Below, piece by piece: positions 28,287 to 41,800 of a DNA stretch of 64,000 bases. This DNA comes from a virus. Made by a program: the position numbers and the translations under genes. The notes under the pieces were generated by a model. It made no database searches and had not been told where the DNA came from. It worked only from the letters and a program-made list of their open reading frames with translations. The stretch lies in the IMG/VR virus record IMGVR_UViG_3300020406_000408, positions 4,464 to 68,463 of that record. One strand, given 5' to 3'. Numbering within the stretch: the first letter of the stretch is position 1; each line of letters opens with the position of its first letter.

Positions 28287-30117
28287 TTAAATTGCCCGGA
28301 GTTAGGTCTTGTACATAACCCCAGCTACCCCCACTTATCCTAAATAATTTCAAAGATCTTTGTACTGTAGATGTAATAGCACCAGTAACATCGTTAAATG
28401 TTGCGTCTCCTATTACTGATACACTACCACTATCACTTCCACCACCGTCTAATTGTTGTACAACCACTAAACTTTTGTTGAAACTTGCGTTCAAGTTGGC
28501 CGCTTCTAGTGTTGCTGTAGCGCCAGTTGTTGCTGTACAGTGAACTCTAGCTTCACAACCTTCTACTTTTCCTCCTGCTGGAGCAATATCTTGTATAATT
28601 GTTGCTATATTCGTATTTAAATTACTGCCTGTTCCTAGCCCTGTAATATCTAAAGCTAAAGCAATAACTTCTGTACCTACTGCTGTATCTACATAGTTTT
28701 TTGTTGTTACGTCTGTTGTTCCTGTAGGATCTGCTACTCCACTAATTTTTCTCGGTGTAACAAAATTCATGTTACCTGCTAGTGTAAGATTAAGTCCATT
28801 TCCACTACCGTCAACAACTCCTGTGCTTACTCCTATACCGCCGGTAAAGCTGATGTTTCCTATATTAGCAGTAGTTAAATTACCAATGGATGTAATACCT
28901 GGAGCATCTGTACCACTGATAATAGTAACACCATTAAATTTTAATCCACCAGTTCCGGTAAAGTTAACACTATTTCCTGTTGTCCATGCGTTACTAGCCT
29001 GTCTCCATAAAAATTCTTTGTCGCCATCTGATGATTTAACTATAATACCAGCAGAATCTACCTGTGTATCGTTGAGTAACGTACTATCAGAACCTAATCC
29101 AAGTTCAATATTCTTATCTTCTACTCTTAAAACAGCAGAATCAATAGTTGTAGTTGAGCCTGAAACTGTTAAGTCACCTGAAATTTTCATATCGCCAGTG
29201 ACATCTAAAGTTGCACTAGGACTTGAATTGTAAATACCTACTCTATTGTTCGCTGAATTAATTGTAACAGCATCTCTTTTTCCTAAACTAGTTGTCATTC
29301 TAATAATGTAGTTTTCTCCACTAACATTATTTTCTGATACAACACCTAGGTTTGTTACTTTCAATACATTGTTGTCTGTTAATCCAACTGTAAGTCCATT
29401 GTTGTTTCTAATTGATAAAGCACCACTTGTAGAATCGTCTGAATCACTAGCTAAAAACTGTGCGGCTGTTCTAACAACACCTTGTGAATCAACAAGTGAT
29501 GATGTTCTTGAAGCTGTACCTGCATATACAAAGTCTGCGTCGACAACATTAAATCCTTTTACAACATTTCCTGTAAAGCTAGGAATAGTATCAACGTTTT
29601 GCGGGGTGAAAGCAATTTTACTCCATAAACCAACAAGTGTACCACCTACCCAATATTTTACAATGGTTCTACTAGTTCCTGTATTATCAAGAACAGTTAC
29701 TACTTGCGGACCTGAACGTCCTTGGAAAGCATTATATATTGGACCTGCTAATTCTAAATCTGTACCATCATAAAAATATAGTTGGTTTTGTTCGTTATTA
29801 ATCCACAAGTCACCAGCAACCATTGATGGTCGGCTTGATTGTACAATAGGTCCACCGCCTGTTGTCCAAGCTGTGCCTGTGTAAACTTTTAATCTAGATG
29901 TTGCTGTGTCCCACCAAATTTGTCCTGCTAAAGGTGTACTTGGTGCTGAGGAATTAGCAAAATTTTCAAGCATGTGAAGAAAGTTTTCATTAATAGCTTC
30001 ACCAAATCCTGAATAGTTTTTACCAATTAATGATATGTCAGTAGTTGTAGTATCTATTTGTCCGTCTGCTAGGTTAACAAGTAGTGTTCCACTAGTTTTG
30101 TTTATTTGATATGCCAT
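28282..30117 (-). CDS. Tail fibre protein
   Basis: Shared N-terminal module; fibre motifs RVGIYNSSPSATLDVTG, VEDKNIEL and TTKNYVD. Confidence 0.7.
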   Translation of the reverse strand: MAYQINKTSGTLLVNLADGQIDTTTTDISLIGKNYSGFGEAINENFLHMLENFANSSAPSTPLAGQIWWDTATSRLKVYTGTAWTTGGGPIVQSSRPSMVAGDLWINNEQNQLYFYDGTDLELAGPIYNAFQGRSGPQVVTVLDNTGTSRTIVKYWVGGTLVGLWSKIAFTPQNVDTIPSFTGNVVKGFNVVDADFVYAGTASRTSSLVDSQGVVRTAAQFLASDSDDSTSGALSIRNNNGLTVGLTDNNVLKVTNLGVVSENNVSGENYIIRMTTSLGKRDAVTINSANNRVGIYNSSPSATLDVTGDMKISGDLTVSGSTTTIDSAVLRVEDKNIELGLGSDSTLLNDTQVDSAGIIVKSSDGDKEFLWRQASNAWTTGNSVNFTGTGGLKFNGVTIISGTDAPGITSIGNLTTANIGNISFTGGIGVSTGVVDGSGNGLNLTLAGNMNFVTPRKISGVADPTGTTDVTTKNYVDTAVGTEVIALALDITGLGTGSNLNTNIATIIQDIAPAGGKVEGCEARVHCTATTGATATLEAANLNASFNKSLVVVQQLDGGGSDSGSVSVIGDATFNDVTGAITSTVQRSLKLFRISGGSWGYVQDLTPGNLI

Positions 30118-32207
30118 TAGCCGCCAACTCCTGAATAAATTATGTATTTGACTGTTAAGAAAGGATTCATAACATTGTATGGTGTTCCTAATTCTGAAAT
30201 ATCAAAAGTTTCAAATTGTTCTAATCCTGTATTTTGATTGTAAGTAATGTTCCTTCTATTTAACAATCCTCCTGAAGAAGTTCTAGCCTGTCCTGCTTGG
30301 TTTCCTGTAGGAGCATCATACACTATTGTATCAGCATCTTGTGGCGTACCACTGTCATCTAATATTACATAAAATTGAGCACCTTTTGGAGAACGCAAAT
30401 CATGTTCGTGTTCTGGTAGGTTCTTAACATCAATTGCTCTACTTTCAACTCCAGATGCTAATCCAACTGTATCAGCATTTACGTCTGTCACTCTGTTAGC
30501 ACTTGTGCCTCCCATGTTGTCAGCACCTAACGGAAATCTACCTCTGAAATCAGGTAATCCAAAAAATCCTGAAGCAACTTGGCTTTGATCTTTGAATTGA
30601 AACTGTATAGCATTGTACAAAGAAAGATAATCTGCTATTCTCTGTTCACTTCCGTCACATAGTAACCAACCTGCTGGAAGATTTACACCACCGAATGGAA
30701 CTATTGTTCCTATTGGAATAACCGGAACGCTACTTACAAGTGCACTTTGTGAAATCTTAAATACGCCCGTTGAATCTCCAGATACTCGGTTTATTATTAC
30801 TTCGTCATCTTGTCTTGGAGCAGTTGCTAAAGTTTTGTTAGCTATAAATGTATTACTAATGGCCGTTGTAAATACTTTTGTTGTACCACCTGTACTACCA
30901 TCAAACGTTATTTGATTTGAGCTTACATCACCTGATAGTTGAAAAGTTGATGCTGTTGTAAGTTTGTTAGCATTAGCCGAACCACCTGTGACTGTACCTG
31001 TTACGTTACCAACAATGTCGCCTCTAAACTGTACCGCATGTACTGTTTGCCATCTTTTGTCTGATGATCCTAAATTGTAAGTCTGTGTGGCACTAGGTTC
31101 TATGGAAGCAGATGTTGTAGTTCCTGCTATATTAACAGCATTGCCTACCCATAACTTTTTAGCAATACCAACACCACCTGAAATTTTTACAGATCCTGTT
31201 CCTATGCTTGTACTATCAGTTGTTCCTTGAATAATTAAATTATTACTTGCTTGTATTGATCCACTAACATCCAGTGCTTCAGCAGGTGTAATTGTGTTTA
31301 TTCCTACCTTTTCGTTAGAATCTATTCTTAAAACATTTTTTTGAATTCCGTCATCATTTTTGATCTTAAAATCTAATGGAGCACCTTGTGTTTGGTTTAC
31401 CATCTGTCCTGTACCATTGCTTACGGCTATATCAATAGTATTGGTTACCCCTATCCTTAATCCTTTATCATTGCTAATTATTAACTGTTCATTGGTTGTA
31501 CTTGAAACATCACTTCTTAAAAATTTACTTGCCGCGACAGGCAATTCGTTAGCAGACACAACTAAATTTTCTGCTTTTTCACTTGTGCCGTAAAACTTTC
31601 CTATTCCTGCTCCTGATATATTAGCAGTTGATAAATTTAATCCTGGTTGAATGGTTGAAAATCCAACAATAGTACTTTTTGGTGAAAATGATCTAGTTGA
31701 ATAAATTGCTATTGGATTACCTTGAACTTCTATTTGGAGTACGGTATAATTTACTTCATCTTTACCTGTAACAGTTATTGGTTTAGCTCCTGTAAGTAAA
31801 CCATCACTATATTCAGGTCCTACTAATGTCCAAGCACTTCCTGTAAAAATATATAATTGATTGTTATCTGTATCAGCCCATAAATCGCCAGTCAGCGAGG
31901 ATGACACAGCTGGGGAGTTATTTCCTTTTTTCAGTCCGCCGGCATTTACCCATGATGTACCATCATAAAGTTTTAGACTGTTTACTCCTGTGGATGTATC
32001 ATACCATAGTTGTCCTTGTATAGGATTTCTAGGAGCAGATGAGTTTGAAAAATTTTCTAGTAATTTTAAAAAACTTTCTGCTATAACGGAACCGTAACTC
32101 GTTGTATTTCTACCAGGAATATCCAAACTGGTTGTTTGGTTAATTGTACTATCTTCTATAGAAATAGTTCCTTTGTTTGAGTCGGAATAATTAATTGAGT
32201 AAGCCAT
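30117..32207 (-). CDS. Tail fibre protein with collar domain (short-fibre-like)
   Basis: Collar motif PIGTIVPFGG..PAGWLLCDG...LPDFRGRFPLG, LPEHEH and terminal NPFLTVKYII. Confidence 0.8.
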   Translation of the reverse strand: MAYSINYSDSNKGTISIEDSTINQTTSLDIPGRNTTSYGSVIAESFLKLLENFSNSSAPRNPIQGQLWYDTSTGVNSLKLYDGTSWVNAGGLKKGNNSPAVSSSLTGDLWADTDNNQLYIFTGSAWTLVGPEYSDGLLTGAKPITVTGKDEVNYTVLQIEVQGNPIAIYSTRSFSPKSTIVGFSTIQPGLNLSTANISGAGIGKFYGTSEKAENLVVSANELPVAASKFLRSDVSSTTNEQLIISNDKGLRIGVTNTIDIAVSNGTGQMVNQTQGAPLDFKIKNDDGIQKNVLRIDSNEKVGINTITPAEALDVSGSIQASNNLIIQGTTDSTSIGTGSVKISGGVGIAKKLWVGNAVNIAGTTTSASIEPSATQTYNLGSSDKRWQTVHAVQFRGDIVGNVTGTVTGGSANANKLTTASTFQLSGDVSSNQITFDGSTGGTTKVFTTAISNTFIANKTLATAPRQDDEVIINRVSGDSTGVFKISQSALVSSVPVIPIGTIVPFGGVNLPAGWLLCDGSEQRIADYLSLYNAIQFQFKDQSQVASGFFGLPDFRGRFPLGADNMGGTSANRVTDVNADTVGLASGVESRAIDVKNLPEHEHDLRSPKGAQFYVILDDSGTPQDADTIVYDAPTGNQAGQARTSSGGLLNRRNITYNQNTGLEQFETFDISELGTPYNVMNPFLTVKYIIYSGVGG

Positions 32208-32818
32208 TATTCATTAAATCCTGTTAAGCTCTGTACTCTAACTGTATAGTCAATTTGTACTAATCTATTTAAACTTTTTTGTACAGGATGAAATACCACG
32301 TGTGTAAGTAACCTTCCTGTGCCTGCGGCATTGTAACTTACTAGTCCTAACTCATCAAATACATATAAGCTATTGCTGTTAGTGGCATTATCAACAGCAT
32401 CTTGCCCAGTGGGTTCACCATAGTCTAGCAAACATGAAACTAGTATGTCTGTATAATTTGTACCACTTACATGTCTTGATTCTATTTTGTTTCTAGCAGG
32501 ATCCGTGTTATTAACACTTCTATCATCTACTACTTTTACAAAAGTTTGATTATAAAGACTTGCGTTTGTGCCTGTGGAATTTGGTGTAAGGTACGTAATT
32601 ATACCTGTTGGATCAATGCTTGTACCACCATTTCCAAATGCCATCTGATATATGAATCCTTCTCCTGCGTTTCCTAGACTTTCTGCTAGTGAAATACTCA
32701 TATTTTCATAATGGATAGCATTACGCTTATCAACGATAATTTCACCATTTGTTGGATCAAAAATCTTGATATGCCCTTGTAAAAGCACCCCGTTATTTTC
32801 TTTGAAATTGTCTATCAT
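32207..32818 (-). CDS. Baseplate/fibre-attachment structural protein
   Basis: Position in the module; MAFGNGG, VFDELGL and HPVQKSLNR..QIDYTVR resemble fibre-base proteins. Confidence 0.5.
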   Translation of the reverse strand: MIDNFKENNGVLLQGHIKIFDPTNGEIIVDKRNAIHYENMSISLAESLGNAGEGFIYQMAFGNGGTSIDPTGIITYLTPNSTGTNASLYNQTFVKVVDDRSVNNTDPARNKIESRHVSGTNYTDILVSCLLDYGEPTGQDAVDNATNSNSLYVFDELGLVSYNAAGTGRLLTHVVFHPVQKSLNRLVQIDYTVRVQSLTGFNE

Positions 32819-32836
32819 ATCACTTTCCTACAACTG

Positions 32837-32844
32837 TATTTATT
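32837..32844 (-). promoter_or_regulatory. Late promoter AATAAATA
   Basis: Overlaps the upstream stop codon, about 19 nt before the ATG at 32818. Confidence 0.5.
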
Positions 32845-35800
32845 TTGGTAGCTCCACCTTTTCCGCCTTAAAGAAACGTGCTACCAAACTTTCCGCATCA
32901 TTTAAGGATTGTCCGCTGTCTGTCCATAGTGTTCCTGTGCGTCTAATGACTTGTATTTTAGCTAAATTTGCCGGTGTATTGGTCAAAGTAAGCTGATTTG
33001 TTGTGCCATCAACACTAAATTGGGCAGGTGATGTTATATCTGCTTCAGGAGAGTCCTGATTCCTTGTAACATCGAACATCTGTATACTATTCTTTCTTAA
33101 TCTCTTACCAGCAACAAAAACTTCAAATTCATTTACCGTGCTTGGAATGAACGACAACTCGAATATACTTGTTGAACCGTCTCCTACAAAATCTTCCGTA
33201 ATTGTTGTGTCAGCGTATGGTGCTGTTTGCTGTAATCCTTGATTGTATACATCACTACCTGCTGAATGTACCGCAGGTGCTCCTGTTCCTAGTGTTCCTC
33301 TTTGTAATTGTTTTAAGACATTACCAATTTTGACCAAATAAGTGATTCTTTCTCCATTTATAAACAAGATACCTGGTATTCCACTATTTTTATCTGGAGC
33401 ACTTATATTACTAGCATCTACTAAACTAATTTGTTTATCTGTCACTTTAAGATCTTCAGCAAGTTTTAATGGTGCTACATCACCTAATCTTTTGTAAATA
33501 TTTCTATTTAAGATATCTTTAAATTGACTAAATCCAAATTTAGGTGAAATAGGTCCGTCGGCGCTGTATTGAATCACATCGATTACATCGTTATCTACTA
33601 TAACATTGTTATATTTTACATATTTTTTGTCATCTGTTAGATAGTAATCTACACTTGGATTTTTTAGTTCACCGTTTACAATAAACCAAACATACTGAGC
33701 ATCTATAGCCGGCTTACGAAGTTCAATCAATCCTGCTTTTAAATGATTGTATTGAACGTGATCCTCACTTCCAACAACTAAAGTTGATCTTGCTATGACA
33801 TCAAAAGTTTGTCTTTCAAAATCTTGTATATCATGTTTACTGTATGTAGTGATTTTTATTATTTGTCCTTCAGTAGGTGCTACATCTAGTTTTAAAACAC
33901 CAGGTGTTTCTACCCAGGTGTTTTGATTATTGATTACTTCTACTGCTCCAAAGGCATATTCTCCATCATCTCTTATGTACACTTCTAATATATCTCCAGG
34001 TTGTCCTATACCTGGTTCTAGTATTATACTGCTATTAGCAGGACGGATATTAAATTCAGTAGCAATTTTAAGTTCTGTTCCGTTAAGTAAAGCTAAAACA
34101 TTAGAGTTGTCAAAACTTCCAATAGGAGTTTGCCAAATTTCTAAGAAGTATTCTGACACTCCTGTTTGAACTGTAAACTGTTGATTGTATCCAGCATTAA
34201 GTATTTTGTTTCCTACTTGGACCACAACGTTATGAGTATGAGGAATAGATGAGTATGGGGTTTTTTCTAAAGTAAAGTTAAGCGTACTTCCATCGCCAGT
34301 AAATTCCTGTGTTTCTATTTTACTGTAACTTTGAACTTTGTCATATACAGCAAAATTAATAACGCTTCCGTCTCTCGGAGGACTACCAAACACAATAACT
34401 GCTTTAGGATCTTCAATCGCACTATCTTCACTAGATACTAATACTGATTGTGCTTCTTTTCCGTCTACTGTAGCAATATAATCTAGTTTCGTTGTCCAGT
34501 GGGCTTTTGTTTTAAATTGTGTTGTACAACCGTCACCAGTAAATTCATCAAATTCTACAACATTTTCTCCATTACCACTTACGCTTATAATGTTTACGGA
34601 AGCACCATTTGAAGGTGTAGTATTAAATCTTACAGTTTTATTTTTGTAATCTACAGTATATGTATTAGGAGATTGTGTAATTCTATTCAATCTTACAAAT
34701 AGCCCGTTTTCACTTTGTGGTTGAATTCCAAATCCAAAGTCAACTGTGGTGCCATTAGCGTTATAACAATTACTACTTATTAGACTACCTCCCTCTCCAG
34801 GTCTATGAAATACTTTAATATCAACTGTATCTAATACTTGTCCAGGAATTTGTTCCTCAGGTCCTTTGCTAGTAGTCGGAGTTACAAAGCCATCACCATC
34901 TATAATTATTTCTTCTGGATTTATGCCTTTTGCTGTACTAAACTGTAAGTCACCGCCACTTAATATTGTATCATAGGATCTTGGATCAGGCAAGAAAGAT
35001 CCATCTGAAGTTGTTTTCCTAAATACAACAACATCATTTGCTACAAATTTTTGTATATCATTTGTGATAGTGATAGTGGTTTGTGTTCCATCACCTGTAA
35101 TACTGCTCATTACAGCATTTATATTAGTTTGTGATGCTGTGCCAAAATTAGGATCATCAATTCTTTTGCCATTTAGGTAAACATTATAAACAGCATTATT
35201 TTCTAAAGGTTTGCTCAGTGTGAATACTTCTGTACTTCCATCCATTTGGAATATTTCGTCATCAAATGTAGTATCAAATGTATCATAAGTTGTAGTAAAC
35301 CAAGCATCTGAATCCCAACCGGTACCTGTACCAAAATTATAACTGCTTACTTCTACGCCACCGTAGTCTACACCGTCTAATAATTGTCCTAAGTCATTTC
35401 CAAACATACCTGTGGTTGGATTATAGTAAAAATTAATTCTATCCTGTGCTTGTAAAAGCTCTGCGGATTTATTATATGTAATTACAACACTTTTACTTGC
35501 TGTCTGCGGTTCTGTAAAGAATATTCTTCCGTACTTTCTCAAATAACCTTTTGTAGTATCGGATTTATTTTCAAAAGTATATTCACTTCTTAATGCTTCT
35601 AAGCCGTCAACTGTGACTGTAATTTGTGTATTCTTTAATTGCATTGGCCATTTTAAATCAAATATTTGTTGATTCGAATTAGTTGTAAATGTTTCAGTTG
35701 TAGATAATTGACTAAACAAATACGTGCCTGTGACTCTGTCAAATTTACATCTTAAATGAGTTGATCTAGCTTTACCTCCACCTAGTACTGGACTTAATCT

Positions 35801-38800
35801 AGCGGCTGTACCTCCATCTTGTAAGCTACCTTCCAATGTAATAGTTGGTTGTGATAGATATCCCGAACCTGTGTTATTCACCTTTACAGCAGTCACCTTT
35901 CCATCTGTACCTATGAATGCTGTGGCTTTTGCTCCAGATCCTCCACCGCCTGTAATTTTAATAATAGGGGCATCTAAATAACCTGATCCAGTATCAGCTA
36001 TGTTTAGACTTTGTAATTCAAAACCTATATTTTCTGCCCAATGTTTACTAGGATATTTTGTAATTTCGGAAAATCCACTTACAATTTTATTATCAATTAC
36101 CTGTACAGATTGCGGTGTAATTCTTCCTTCTGCATCATTGTATAGTGTAGGCAAATCAAAGTCAGTAACCACAGTTGAACTAGGATCTGTTTTTTCATAA
36201 GAGCTTAAATATTCTCTAACTTTTGTCCTATATGGTTTTACTTCATTAATATAAGATTCATAACTTGGTAAACTATCATTTTTAAATGTAACACGCTGTT
36301 CTAATTCTCCAACATTGTGTTTTGCTTTAATAAAACTTGTTTTAAATGCCCAATCAACATTAGGTTGCTCAGTAAATACATATCTTAAACCAGCAAAGAA
36401 GCATTCATTCCAATTTTTTAACAAATCATCTACAAATATTTTGTTTTCTAGAATACCTATAATCAAACGCATTTCAGCTACAGGCTCTGTGTCGTAAAAT
36501 ATTTTATCAAACCCACTGCCATCATACGCTATGTTTTCATTACTAACATCATATAATGAAGTTTTAAATTCTATTGTACCGTTTTGTCTTCCTACTGTTT
36601 TGTAGTTCACAGTATAATCTTCTGTGTCTTGGTCATCTTCTTTTTCTAATAATAACCAACCACCTGTTCCGACATTGTTAATCTTAACTATATCCCCTAT
36701 CTTATCTCCTAAACCATACAATTCATAACTGCTGGAAATAGTGTAATTGATAGGTGTAAAATTATTATATCCTGTTGCATACCAATCAATATATTGCCAA
36801 TAAGCATTGACATCATATGCTTGAGTTAATGTTCTTAGCCACTCAGTACCATCCCAGGAAAATACTGCCCATTTTCCGCCTACCGTTTCATCGGTTTTCA
36901 CCAACACACTAAATTTTCTAACTTCTATAGATGGTGATACGTAATTTATTCCTCCATTTATAATATCAACAGAAGCAATACTTCCATCAGTTGCTAAAAC
37001 AAAATTTAACACCGCCCCTGTGCCTGTGCTGTCTTTTATTTTATAGGTTGGAGGATTAAGATATCCTTTACCTGGATCAGTCAAAAGCACATTAATTATT
37101 GTTCCGTTTTCTATCTCCAATGTCAATTTAGCTTGTTTTACGTTTGCTACACTTATAAAGTTTAATTCAGCAAATGTATCAGATGTTGTATCATATACTC
37201 CGGATACGCTTGTAGGAGTTGGATCAATTTCAGTCAATCCAGACAGGTCTTTGTTATCAACTATTAATTCTGTTTTCAGAATTTTGTTTACACGCTCTAC
37301 AAACTGTTTTCTTGCTTCAGTCTTGTTAATAAACCAACCTTGTCTTGGTTCATTAAGATTGCCATATCGCTGTCTAACTGGCAACTCAACGTCTGGCACA
37401 GGTCTATCGTTTACATCAAATCCAACTAAACTATCAACCCATTTTTGTTTAACTGTGTCATTTGGAATACTAGTTTCTAATCCGTCGGAAATAATTTGAT
37501 ACTCATTGTGAACATTTTGTTCTTGATTTTCTATAGTCCACCAATTGAATGTTATTCCAACGTCTTTATCTTTTATTAAGCTTCTACAATTATACAAAGC
37601 AAATCTGTTGTTTCCTAATGGCGATATAAATTTAACGCCTTGTTGAGTAGGTGTAGTAATTAATTTGCTTATATCAGATGCTGTAGTTTTTCTATTCACA
37701 TCAGTTGGTAGTGTAGCTTTGTTTTTTACCCAATAATAATAATTATTTGTAAAAGTTTGCGAAGCAGAATCATATATTCTTCTTGTGCTATAAGCAGAAT
37801 CTCCGTACTTTGTCGTACCACTTATACCATTTGTAAGTCCAGCTTCTGTTCCTGATTGTGTATCCCATTCACTAGGAAGTAAATTTGTTTCTACCCATTC
37901 ATAAACGTCAGCAGTAGTGCCTGGAAATAAAGTGTTAAAGTTAGCTGTTGATTCTAAGATATCACCTTGATGATGATTTATAAATCTAGCACTCCCTATA
38001 TCCCACCAAATTTTTCCTACCCATTGATCGGCAGTATAATCTAGTGTGTCTAAAGTTACTCCTGTAGCAGTGGCTACACTATATTTTGCTGGATCATAAG
38101 ATACTTTAAATGTAATTTCTTGTTCGGCGGCACCAGCAATTTTACCTTGTAAAGGATCAATGTAATCTAAGTATGTTACTAATCCGTTTGTATTTTTATC
38201 AAAAAGATTTACACCTTTCAATTTTGTTACATCCATTGGAACTATAGGTTGTCTTCCTATTGTCCAAGATGTTGTATTCACAGGTTTTCTATACTCAGCA
38301 ACTAATCCCCTATCAATTGTGTTATTAGAAAGTATTTGTTGTTTAGGTAAACCTAAGTATACATGATTGTTTTTTACCAACATGATACTACCAAAATCTT
38401 GTGTGTCTTTATCATAGGAAAAGTCTTGTCCATATAGCAAAGTATCATTAACAGTTTCATATATACTTACGAGTCCACTATCATTGTCTATAACTTTGAA
38501 AGGAGTATTTCCATTATCAAAAATTGTTGTGTCTTGATCTAATGTGGTTACTCTTTCAAGATCCCCTCCTCTTGATGCTATAGCTAATGTGTTTCCGTCA
38601 AAATCTATTTTACTTCCAAACCTAGTATTTGAAGTCCTATCAATTGGCCTTAAAGTTTGATTTAAAGCAAATCTACCATCTGTACCTTGAATATAAATGT
38701 AAACAGCACCACCTCTTATATCTCTTGTACTGTTATCAGGAGCACCTACAGCTATTTTTTTCCCGTCATTGCTAATTGCTATAGTTTGTCCCCAATTTTC

Positions 38801-41800
38801 TGTGATATCCTGTGTTTCTAATAATTGTGAGTACTGGTAATGATTTCCGGTTTTTCTGTATACAACTATCCTTCTATTAGGTACACTACTATCATCAGCG
38901 TTGAGATATCTTGCTGTTGATATCAAAACGTTTCCATCGGTGCTTACGTCGTAATCTGCTCCAAATTCTTCTAAGAATTTTTGTTCTAAAGTGCTTTCAG
39001 TAATGCTGTAGTTTGTATCATTTGGCACATATCCAAGTAAATCCACACCACTGTCTATTGTTTGCCATAAGTTTACATTAAACGCACCGGGTACAGTATT
39101 TGTTTTTGCTTTATAAATTGTTTCACCAAATCTTATTAGATCGTTTGTAAAATAGCTAGATGCTGTATTGTATGTTCCTCTATAATTGTTATCATTAGAT
39201 AAAACAAAATCATCGGTAGAGCTTTTATCAAACATGTAAATTCTACCTTCATTCAGTTCAGTTTTATCCCCTGCCGCCGATACAAATAATTTGTATGTAT
39301 TAGCATCTAGTTGGGCAAATTTAAGTTTAGTTCCAAGTCTTCTTCCAGGTGCTGAGTTAGGTACAGTATAGTAGCCTTTTAGATCAAAAGTTAATTCTTT
39401 TCTTTCATATATGGCAAATGTTCCTTCATTATCAAAAGTACTACCGTAACCACCTGTGGTCAATGGAATATTGTAAGTCCTATTCCAATCTAAGTTTAAT
39501 GGTCCTGGCGGATTAGCTGAATCTTCTACACCTAATATAGTTCTCGTATTATAAATCCAGTACTCTCTATCTTGTAAAAATATAGAAGTACCAACCTGTA
39601 TGTTTTGTGCTTTGTCAACAATTAACATCACACCTGCTGTTGTATTTTCTAAATGTGCACTGCTAATCGGTCCTATGGTTCTGACAGTACTGTCATTTTC
39701 AACAAATGTCATACTAGATGTCTCGCCAAAGTCTACACCTTTACTAAATGTACCATTTCTATTTTTTAAATATATTCGTATAGTTGCAAATTCTCTTTGA
39801 ATATAAGCTACTTCTGCTGTACTTCCAGTAGTTGAACAGGTAACAGTATCTCCTATTTGTGGAAGGAATGGGTCGCCATTTAGGTCAAAGTTTGTCAATC
39901 TTACAATACAAAAGCCGTTCCAAATATCGTTGATTGTATGTTCTGTATTGTTAAGATAGTCAAAACTTAAATTTAACACAGGTTCTGGGTCTTGTCTGAC
40001 ACCGTTATCATATAAAGTGTTTGCCCACATTCTAAATTTATCACCAACTTGGTATGTAGATCCGTGTTGTAATTCTGTTCTTACAAACCATCTTGTATCA
40101 ATTACATTGGAAGAAGTTGCTCCGTTATAGTAACTTAATATACCATAGAAAGAATTTCTAGCTGGTTCGGTAGTTTGTTGTTGCACTACTGTGTCTAAAA
40201 TATTTGTAAAAGGACTAGGTGTACTAGGCGCACCTACTTCAGATAGTGTGAGATCTCTAACAACTAGATTAGGATTAGTTTCTATTAAGTTGGATGAACT
40301 AAATGTGCTACCTACAGCTATTTGCCACCAACCTGTATGATAATCATCACCTACATGATTAACAGTTGTGAAGGCTCCAACAGTAACATTATTACGTTGT
40401 ACCGTACCTGAAGTCTGTAGTTCTCCATTTACATTGTTTAGATACAGTATCATTTTATTATCAGAATCTATAAATCTATATGCTACGTTTGCCCTAGCTG
40501 TGTCTGTTGTAATTTCATCTCCTACGTCTGGTACATCAAGAGCACTTATAATTTCTATCACCATTTTTACTTTGTTAACAATAACATGATTGCCATTCAA
40601 GAATGATTCGTTTATTACTGGATCATTATTGAAGGGTGAAACACCTGATAAAGCCCCAGTTTTATACTGATTCCATTTTAAAGTTAATATATCACCCGCT
40701 TTAGATGCTTCCCATTGTTGCGTTTCTGCCCTTATTAAAATATGATCTGTACTAGCGGTTGGCATACTATGATTGCCACGCATCATATAAACTATTGTAG
40801 GATAACTTTGTGAAGTAGAATCGTAATCATTTTCAGCCGCTTGAGCATTTGAAGCATGATTAATACAACTTTGTACAGCCTGGGCTTCTATTGCTCTGTC
40901 TGCTTGCCAAAGTTGTTCTTTGTATAAGATAATATCACCTTTGACATAAGCTGTTTGATTATTGTAATCTCCCTTGTAAAAACTTTTAGTATTAGAAGCT
41001 TGTGGAGAACCTACTGCTAACCATTTACCATCAGGACTTAAAGAAGCACTGGTCCCGAAGCCTCCGTTTTGATCAAAGTAAAAAGCATCTTCATCAATCT
41101 GTTGTAATAAATTATAATCAGTAGCTTCACTTGGTCTATTATAGATGTATACGCTTCCATTTAAATCTTTTGGAGCTGTGATAGCCATTAAATTATTTTG
41201 ATCATTGACCGTAATACTTGAGCCAAAATCTTTTTGTGTGCTATCTAATAAACCTGCTGTGGTATTTACAATATTAGGTTTAAGCTCATATACCTGTTTG
41301 TAATTTAAAACAAGCCATCTACCTGTGTCATCATCGTCCACCCATATTCTATCACTGCTTAAATTTGTACTTCCGATTGAAAAGGATCTTGAACCTTCAC
41401 CTTCAATATTATCATTTGCTTCGCTTAATTTTTTTAATCGTACATTTTTAAATCTTGTTACAAAACCGTTGGCCGAAGCTGTAGCTGTAATATTTGTTGT
41501 TGACTCGTGTTCTAAGGTTATTACATTAAGACTTATTGTTTTAATTTTATAATACCCGTCTGTATCTGTATCTATGTCATTGACAGCAACAATGTCACCT
41601 ACTTCAAAATTTGTTGCTTTGTCGAGAGTGATTGTAAAACTATTATCTACTGTGTCTGTAGTGCTTTTTATTTTATATTCTGTAGGAATATATTTGTATA
41701 CTCCCCAAGTCTTTTGACTTTTATCGATAGCAGTCCAAACATAATCTCCACCTTTTAAATTTCCTAAAGTTTGTGTGCTTAGATCAGTATAATTAAGTAA

